Below, one piece after another: positions 21,958 to 29,632 of a DNA stretch of 29,632 nucleotides. The notes beneath the pieces are model-generated. The model saw only the letters and a program-made list of their open reading frames with translations. It searched no databases and was not told where the DNA came from. Location: NCBI GenBank assembly GCA_049724395.1, contig JAUGWO010000011.1:62001-91632 (forward strand), in the 5' to 3' direction. Source of the DNA: Spongospora subterranea f. sp. subterranea. Its lineage: Eukaryota. A program made the position numbers and the translations under genes. Every line of letters begins with the position of its first letter. Position 1 is the first letter of the stretch.

Positions 21958-22640
21958 AGGTGGCAGCAATTGCAGCCCGCATTAGCTTTCGGAGTCGTCT
22001 GATGCCGGGTTCATATTGACCACCGATTGCCTTTTACGAAATATCGGGAAGATTGTCACCTAGTTGTGCAACCACCAACGCAGAAATCTCCTGAAGATTA
22101 CAATTTCATCAATAATCGCCAATACAAGACTCTTCCCAATCAACATACAATAACAGGCAAACTCCTTTCAGAGTAACTATTTTCATGTCCAGCGTCACAG
22201 AAGAGAGATCGCTGAAAAAAAAACGATCAGCAATTCGAATCGTTAGTAATCAGTTGACAATATTACATGAAGGAAGGTACAGAAATCTGAGTGATCATCC
22301 ACTTGGAACAGTGCTTGAAAAACGGTGGCAGGATTATCAAACTGTCCTGAACGGAAAAGTTTGCGGTCATGTACCACAGGGTCGCCCAGCATGGCTTGAG
22401 CAGCGGATTTAGCCTGAGACACTATCGGGCATGTGTTGAGGAAGCCTCGGACCTGAGTTGAAAATGACCAATCATTTTCAAAAAAGCTGCCATAGCAGCC
22501 AGAAAACAGCTTGGGAGATAACAGGCATTGAGTTTGTATTTCCACCATCGCTCAATTCAAAACAGTACAGCTACGTACAGGGCAAACCTGGAAACAAGCA
22601 AATAAACATTCCAATAAAGACGTGATGTAGCACGTATTAT

Positions 22641-22969
22641 TGTCATGGCTATAACTTGCGATAGGGTAGTCTTAGTGCGTCAATTATCGATGTTTCAGAC
22701 TTAGTAGTGTCAGGGTCGACACTACGGACTTGTTACCATTGACCCGCCACTCTAATGGTATTGCGGTCCCGGAGTCCGTACCAACATGCGATTCGCCGTC
22801 AGCGGACTCGACGAGCTCGAAAAATTTCTGGATGCACCAATTTGATCAGGACCAATGGCACTACCGTTTGGATTACTGTGTATGTGTTTAGCTGTTGAAA
22901 GACATCCTTGCCGTATTGGAAGTAGTTATGCTTGCTGAGCATTCGATGCAAGATTGACATTCCATGACA
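22641..22969. mobile_element. Possible solo LTR
   Basis: Bounded by TGTCATGG...CCATGACA 8-bp inverted ends with internal hairpins at 22704-22780. No TSD is visible. Confidence 0.3.
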
Positions 22970-22981
22970 CAAAGCGAATTT

Positions 22982-23995
22982 TTGAACAATTTACTAAAAG
23001 CTAAGATCCCAAAAAACGCGACAGGACGACGGCCAGCCAATCCAGCCACTGGTCCAAGCAAACAAAGGTACAACACGCAAGAACAAAACTACAGCTTGAA
23101 AGAACAATCCAACAAGCGCACCAGTCGGACAGCCCATTTGGTGGCGTTGGGATATTCGGACTGTAATTCCTCAATCGCCGAATTAAAAACCTCAATGACG
23201 GGCTCATGAATGAGTTTTCTTGTCCTACCATCATTCTTTAATAGCCTTGTTCGTATTTCCATCACAACCTTAGCTCTCACATGGCGGGGCCTCTGATTTA
23301 AGTCTATTATCACATGGAGTTCGATTCTGTCCTAAACCGGCAGAACCCCACCCGTCGTCCTGTCGCGTTTTTTGGGGTCTTAGCTTTGAGTAACTTGTTC
23401 AACATCCTTTTGTCACAATTCTGTAGGCCCGCAGTGAATTCACTGGCTTGATTCACTGGCTTGACGCATTGTTGGCGTGAAGAGCAGCTTGATGTGGTTG
23501 CACAGCATTTTCAGTGGTGGTACCATGGACTTTGTGAAACCGGAGAACATCCCGTTCTTGCGGTAATGGATGATCCGAGATATGTGCTGTTAAATAAATG
23601 TATAATTGACTAATAAGAATGTTTGGCAATTTGAAGCCGTAGCCAGCCGTTTATACATTCAAAAATCCCAATACTCTCAGCAAACTCGGCAAGCACACCA
23701 CGCGTGGGAAAAATAGCCGAAAATCACGTCCTCTCGATTAAATTCCATCATCGGTCAGTCGCACAGAATTTAAATAAACCCAGTGCATCCAAAGACGGGC
23801 TGCCCACAGCTTCGATCAATTTTCGATCTCGATCAATTGTACAGTGTATGGCAGTGTTTCGCACAAAGTATCCACAGACGGGCTGCGCACAGTTTCAAGC
23901 CAGTGAATTCAATAGTCTTGGTGTTTGCTCAGTGTATTCACAGACGGGCTGCGCACAGTTTCGATCATTTTTCTGAGCCAATCTGTACCCCACCC
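22982..23995. mobile_element. Rearranged remnant of a related MULE-type element
   Basis: 51-bp inverted repeat 22982-23032 / 23352-23402. Minus-strand EVFNSAIEELQSEYPNATKW resembles EAFITTIHMLQMKYPNARRW of the downstream transposase. Subterminal motifs CAGTGAATTCACTG and ACGGGCTGCGCACAGTTTC...ATCTGTACCCCACC are shared with 28200-28476. Confidence 0.55.
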
Positions 23996-24174
23996 CAAAC
24001 TGGCTGCACATACTGATATTGAAATCCCTGGATAACAGTTAGGGTGTGAATTAACTGGAGGAATACATTTTGATCGAAAATTGATCAAGATCGAGAATTT
24101 GAGGATTTGCGTTGGAGAAATTATTTCATTTATTCCTTCAGCATCACAAGCAGGCCGTTAGTGACATCAGAACG

Positions 24175-24470
24175 TCGTTGTACACAGTTTATTATGGACC
24201 GGTCGTTGAACGTACACAGTTTATGGTATGGTTACCGGTGAACGTATGGTTACCGGTCGTTGAACGTACACAGTTTATGGTATGGTTACCGGTCGTTGAA
24301 CGTACACGCATGGTATGGTTACCGGTCGTTGAAAAGTTTATGGTATGGTTACCGGTCGTTGAACGTACACAGTTTATGTATGGTTACCGGTCGTACATAC
24401 ACAGTTTATGGTATGGTTCGGCGTGGAACCCTTAGTATTGGAATTCGTATCAGTTTATGGTTACCGGCTC
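24175..24470. repeat. 36-bp imperfect tandem repeat at the inner edge of the left TIR
   Basis: TTACCGGTCGTTGAACGTACACAGTTTATGGTATGG, about 7-8 degenerate copies; one shorter unit is inverted in the right TIR. Confidence 0.9.
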
Positions 24471-25079
24471 GACAAAAACGCCCTCATCATTGGATATTAC
24501 TGACCTCGATGCACAAGATGCTCATCCAGTGCAACTGTACTATGACATCATCCTTGTGAATGCGCCATTTTGTGGGTGCAACACAGTTCGTGAAAGATCG
24601 CTGTTTATGCTATAATGTTACCAGTCAATGTCTGTGGGAATCATCGATCGAACCTGTTGGGGATACCGAAAGGAATTTCGGTAACGTCAAGAAACTGTGG
24701 GGTGTTATTGTGTACCACTATGGGAAGACAGGGTAACTGGTTGTAAGGATTACATCTGCTATGAGCATCTCAATGTCCTGCTGTAGGTGCCCTGACAATC
24801 CTTGTGAATGCGATTATGTGGGCACTTTGTGAAAGAGCAATAATGGAAATATGAACATAAAATACCCCGTCAAGAAACGACCACAGGGAAGCACGTTGAA
24901 CGCATGGCAGCTCCAAGAAGACCGGTTCGTCTTCTTTTTCGAGTTCATTCGTGAACCGAGAAAGGCTGGGATATTTCCGCCGCTCCATTCGGAATGGGAA
25001 TAACCATGCCAGGTAATGTATAGGGAATTGTCCTCAAAACGCGGCGCGATTAGTAGTTCTGACCTGAGTTTGCGTGCAG

Positions 25080-27567
25080 GTTTCACAGACACTTTTGACC
25101 AGATCAAAAAATTTCAGACCACGTTCGGTATTGAAACTCTGCGATCGAGCAATTGGCATATGTCGAGGATGCATATGTCAGTCGCTTCTGAGTTTATGAA
25201 CCAGAGGTCTGTAATTTTCATCGTTGCAGCTTTGACACTGTGCTGAGCTAATTAATCAGATTGGTGGATGTACACGATTTGACGGGGCGTCAGATCGGTG
25301 GCTGCGTATCGGACGTCACGTTTTCGTTTTTCAAGAACGGGTACTTGATGACTTCGGCAGTTTATTGCACGCTAATTAGGCGATGGGGGCCTGTCCTTTT
25401 TACGTGGATGGACGGGCTGAGCACACACCATCACCGCAGCCACTTCACTGCCCTGTTGACGATGATCACCACTGCTCTGTCAACGTCAGCTCCAGAGCTG
25501 GCAGTTGTTGAAAACGTTTCCCGACTTCGACAGCTCTGCGGCGCTGTCATGGACTTTTCTGAGGCTCAACGCAATGGTTTCGTTGAGGCATACGTTGATG
25601 TGATATCTGATCAAATTGTATCAAAAGGCGAACTGATTCGGTTTCAGGTTGTGAGGGGCATCTATTTGAAGAACGGTGTCTCTTCGGAAAATGAGCAATT
25701 GGCTGAAGAAGCCTCAGGACTGATTAAAGGGTGCCGTGTTCATTTTCTCAGCTCAGCCGAGCGGATTGCTCGCAACTATGCGATTGTCGCCAGAGACGAC
25801 AATGGTAAATTTCTGAAACTCGTAATGGAGGCAGTTGATGAGCCAATGCAGGAGGCATTCATTACAACAATTCACATGTTGCAGGTGATTCTTGAAACTG
25901 TTGATATAATGAACGCTAACTGGATTTTCTACGTTAGATGAAGTATCCCAATGCAAGACGCTGGTTCGATTGGTGGTTGCAGGAAAGTGTCGCCAGACTG
26001 ATTTTTGCCTGCAAGCGCCATTTAATGAATGAGCAGTTCGCAAGCAGCTCCCGCAACGACTCGAATCCCAGAATCGAATCCATGCATGCGGTTTTTTATC
26101 AGATCGCTGAATCAAAAAACACCATGGTGTTTGGCCTTTCTGCGTTGATGCTTTTTGTTGGAACCTTGGAGGACGATTTTCAAGACCGACTGATTGGCAT
26201 CGAAACGCACTATGGTAGTTTGATGTTTGCGTGTAACTCATGAAAGTGGCAGCCATTTATTCCAATATGGATAGGCGATTCGGAGAAATGGGAACGAAGC
26301 ATCCAACGAGCAAACCGGACATTGGATCAATGTCAGAAACCCCAACTTGTTCCCAACGATGGGCGCCCGCCAGATACGTCGAAAAATCTTCTGAATTCAA
26401 GACAGAAAGAGACAAGTAAACCACAATCTGGACCGGGACGCCCTCGGGGTAGCAAGAATGTTGACAGAAACCTTGGCACTACCTACCAATCATACATGCA
26501 CTACAACAACACGTGCTATATTACCTCGCTTTTGGAATGTCTCTTCACAATAATGGGTTATTGTGAGGTATGATATCACTCGACATCAGTTACCAAACGT
26601 CGCTGAAGCCATATTTAGATTGCATACAGCTCTTCGCAAGGAATATGTTCTACAATTTTTTCCCATTTTGAAAGAAGGCGTTCCAACCAAATGCAAGAAA
26701 AAAAGTTAGCCAGGGATCTGAAACAGACATTAATTGCTGTGGCGAAATGGGTAACCGAGGAAGTCAAACTGTATTCGCCAGGGGGATACGGAAACCCGTT
26801 TACTGTGCTCAACCAGATTTTGCTGGAATGTCCACAAGACATGCAGGCTTTGTGGTCATTCCATTTTCAGGTTTGAATCGTAGGCATTATACGTTGATCG
26901 TAACTAAGTCATGGCTGATATAGCGTAAAATGATTTGCTGGAACAATCACGTTCAACCAAGCTTGAGAACTGCTTTGACAATGTGGCCAATCCTGGTATG
27001 CAGCACTGATTAATTCTCCATATTGTTTTCCTTGACCGCATCGATATTTTCAGTACATCACTGAGTGGATGGTCGAACAGGCAGCCGAATCATCCTTACA
27101 GGCGGTCTTGGATGTATTGATGAACGTCGGTGCGTACGAGGAGACAGACAGAAGATGTTATGATCCAGGCTGCGATCAAGTATAAGCAAAATGGGTGCCT
27201 GCAATCTCTCAACTTATGCACATGGCTATAGGTGTTGCTAAAAGATGCTCGGTGTGTGGTGAAGATACCGGACAAAATCATGTTCGTCGAATTACCGCAA
27301 GATTTGATGTCAGCGGAATTTGACTGTAATTTGATTTTGAATGTTGGTGGCTGCAAATGGACGCAAGTAGGGCGCATTAGCGCCACACAACGTACCGGTA
27401 TGCACTTTTACTCTCATATACTACGAGCTGATGTGCCCATACCGGGCTGGTTTCATTATAATGATCTTGATAATGGCGGAAGGCCTGTACTTATCTCGCC
27501 GATCACCAATGGGCGTAAACCACTTTCTTTTTTCGTTTTCTACGTCAAAAACCCGGAGATAAACTGA
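25080..27567 (+). CDS. MULE-type DDE transposase fused to a C-terminal USP/peptidase C19-like domain (5' end unresolved)
   Basis: Exons 25080-25206, 25260-25884, 25938-26214, 26275-26567, 26619-26870, 26924-26995, 27054-27179, 27232-27567 (all GT-AG) give ~700 open codons. Motifs: VSDVTF, VMDFSEAQ, GCRVH (CxxH), WFDWW, NPRIESMH, then NNTCYITSLLECL and GMHFYSH...WFHYND...FVFYVK. Confidence 0.85.
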
Positions 27568-28548
27568 AAATTATTTCTTGTGTCTTTGTCTGCTATCTTT
27601 GATCATAAGCGCTTTTGAGGAAGGCCTTAGTCATACGCATATATGCTAGCTGCGTTAAATCAGATTACATTCTATTTCCGATGTCATTAAGCCTTGTAGT
27701 ATTTCGATAAAAAAACATGATCTTGTCCGGCAGTTTGGCCACACACCGGCAATGTTTGAGCAACACCTATAGCCGTGTGTACAAGTTGAGATATTGCAAG
27801 CACCCAACTTATTTTGCTCAGAACTGATCGCAGAAAACATTTTGACAACACCAATTACTGAAAGTCATAAAGAGGAATTAACACACTTTTGTTTTCTTTG
27901 TTCCCTGCATTGATCAGTATGATGGGAAGCAAAGAACCCAATTCAACTAACCAGGCCGATCGAAATAGGATGAACATCTCCAATGATGAACGAAGGAGGG
28001 TTTTTGTCCTAGAAAGGGTGTACCGGTAACCATAAACTGTGTACGTTCAACGACGTTCTAATGTCACTAACGGCCTGCTTGTGATGCTGAAGGAATAAAT
28101 GAAATGATTTCTCCTTGCGGTTATGCAAAATCCTCAAACTCTCTTCTTGAGCTTGCGAAGGTCCCGATTGATCCGATAGGTTAATCTGGCCAGCGAAGTA
28201 AGCCAGTGATTTCAATATCTTGGTATGAGCAGTGAATTCACTGGCTTGACACACTGGCTCAGATAAATGCGTAGCCAGTGAATCAAGCCAGTGAATTCAC
28301 TGCTCATACCAAGAATATATGAATTCACTGGCTTGAAAAAGTGCGGCCAGTGAATCAAGCCAGTGAATTCACTGCTCCCTTATTAATTGTACAGTGTATG
28401 ACAGTGCTGTGCTCTGTGTATCCACATACGGGCTGCGCACAGTTTCGATCAATTTTCGATCAATCTGTACCCCACCGATAATCCCGAGCACTTTCTGAAC
28501 TTGTGAAGTGTATGTTACCCTGGCTTCGCACTTGGGCTGACGTCACTA

Positions 28549-28757
28549 CCGTATTCCTCGGAGCTCTGTACCCCCCAAACCCTAAACTCCGTGAGAGGCT
28601 ATTATTGGCGCTACATTTCCCGAAATATCTCTTTTGGATAGGGTATCGGATACCTTACAAGTTTCCCAGTGGGAAATTTACTGTATTTTACAATGCGTAG
28701 CTGTCGGGGCTTCACGGAGTTTAGGGTTTGGGGGGTACAGAGCTCCGAGGAATACGG
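28549..28757. mobile_element. MITE, 209 bp, 46-bp perfect TIRs
   Basis: CCGTATTCCTCGGAGCTCTGTACCCCCCAAACCCTAAACTCCGTGA (28549-28594) is exactly inverted at 28712-28757, with TA on both sides. Confidence 0.92.
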
Positions 28758-28871
28758 TAGTCACTACCGTACCTTTTTCCAGGACCGCGTCACAGATCAT
28801 TGAGATCAATATTGAATTGAGTCTGCAATCGCTCTCCACCTCATTGGCACTTGTTCATTTGTGTACACTTA

Positions 28872-29632
28872 ATGTCCTCTGATCTTGACGGATCTGTTGT
28901 CGGCTCAGGATTACCATTCCCTGTCGGTTTAATTGAAGAAGAGTACACTAGATTTACTCTCGTTCCTTACGATAGCTATATTGCTACATGTTCCAATCCC
29001 ATTCCTCGCCCTCGGACTGGTGTCGTCGACCTGTTACAAATTGCAGCTGAGCCCGGTGATATTGGGTTTCTACATGAGATGAAGCAGCGATTTGGTGGTG
29101 TTTTGTATAACAGGTATTACATTGAGCATGTCTTCAGCACGGTCATATTGAGTTTTTCAAGCGTTATATATTGCTGGCAAAAGGGACATATGTTATTGTA
29201 GAATTAGATGATTATGAGGGAGATTTTGAACGAAATCCATCATGGGCTACTCCTCGGTATTACCTTATCAGTGATGTGTTGTCTCCCTATACCCTTAGTG
29301 CTGATTTACACCTCGAACTGATTCGATATATCTACGAGGAAGTTATTTTAAAGTTCCCGCCGAAAGAAGAGTTGGAGAAGCTGGTGATTCCTGGTCGGGT
29401 ATGTGGCCGAATGCCCGGTATTCCTACCGTTGATAAGTTGGTGTCAAGTTATCCAGGGTATCCCGACTTAACGCAATGGGAATCTGAGTATATCCTCGAC
29501 AGCACTTTTGAATCGAAATTTCATTATATTCGAACATATCTAGTGGAAGATAGAGGTCTTCGATACAATGAGAATCTAAATCGAAGAAGCCTCAGAACGA
29601 TATTGCAAAGGCATTTACCATTATGTTCTAGA
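28872..29632 (+). pseudogene. Frameshifted paralog of the 13620-14816 gene (runs off the window)
   Basis: Colinear with the first copy from 28798 (vs 13545), with a 1-bp deletion near 29123 and a 1-bp insertion near 29579. These could be sequencing errors. Confidence 0.85.

Larger units (their letters stand above)
24057..28476 (+). mobile_element. Mutator-like (MULE) DNA transposon with long imperfect TIRs
   Basis: ~120-bp inverted repeat 24084-24203 / 28021-28152, outer match TTGATCGAAAATTGATC near both ends, and an enclosed spliced DDE transposase. No TSD was found and the exact ends are uncertain. Confidence 0.8.

Noticed and set aside
22185..22548. Short ORFs between the 33-bp repeat and the possible solo LTR
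   Set aside because: No recognisable domain or splice-consistent model.
24112..24559. ORFs with VWLPVVERTQFM / YGYRSLNVHSLW repeats
   Set aside because: By-products of the 36-bp subterminal repeat; unit indels do not preserve frame.
27655..27840. Cys-rich convergent ORF as a mudrB-like second gene
   Set aside because: Only 61 aa, with no motif and no supportable upstream exons.

Overview
Repeat- and transposon-rich eukaryotic genomic DNA with short (about 45-120 nt) GT-AG introns, probably from a protist or fungus; there is no prokaryotic signal. In order: a ~3.2 kb 94-bp minisatellite abutting a 9-exon SLC35B3/PAPST2-like nucleotide-sugar transporter gene; stacked TE debris (Tc1 DD34E, Copia, PIF/Harbinger, a fold-back Copia, the 3' half of an RNase H-bearing LINE); a TA-flanked TIR element carrying a DUF3505-like (telomere-linked-helicase N-terminus) pseudogene; an intronless 398-aa orphan gene with a frameshifted paralog at the window end; a tandem LTR array containing an internally deleted Copia whose PBS matches a half-tRNA-Lys(CUU); two tandem SINE-like copies sharing the LINE 3' end; a ~4.4 kb Mutator-like (MULE) element whose spliced transposase is fused to a USP/C19-like cysteine protease domain; and a MITE. 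All family calls are by motif recognition, with no searches run. Several mosaic stretches look like assembly-consensus artefacts.
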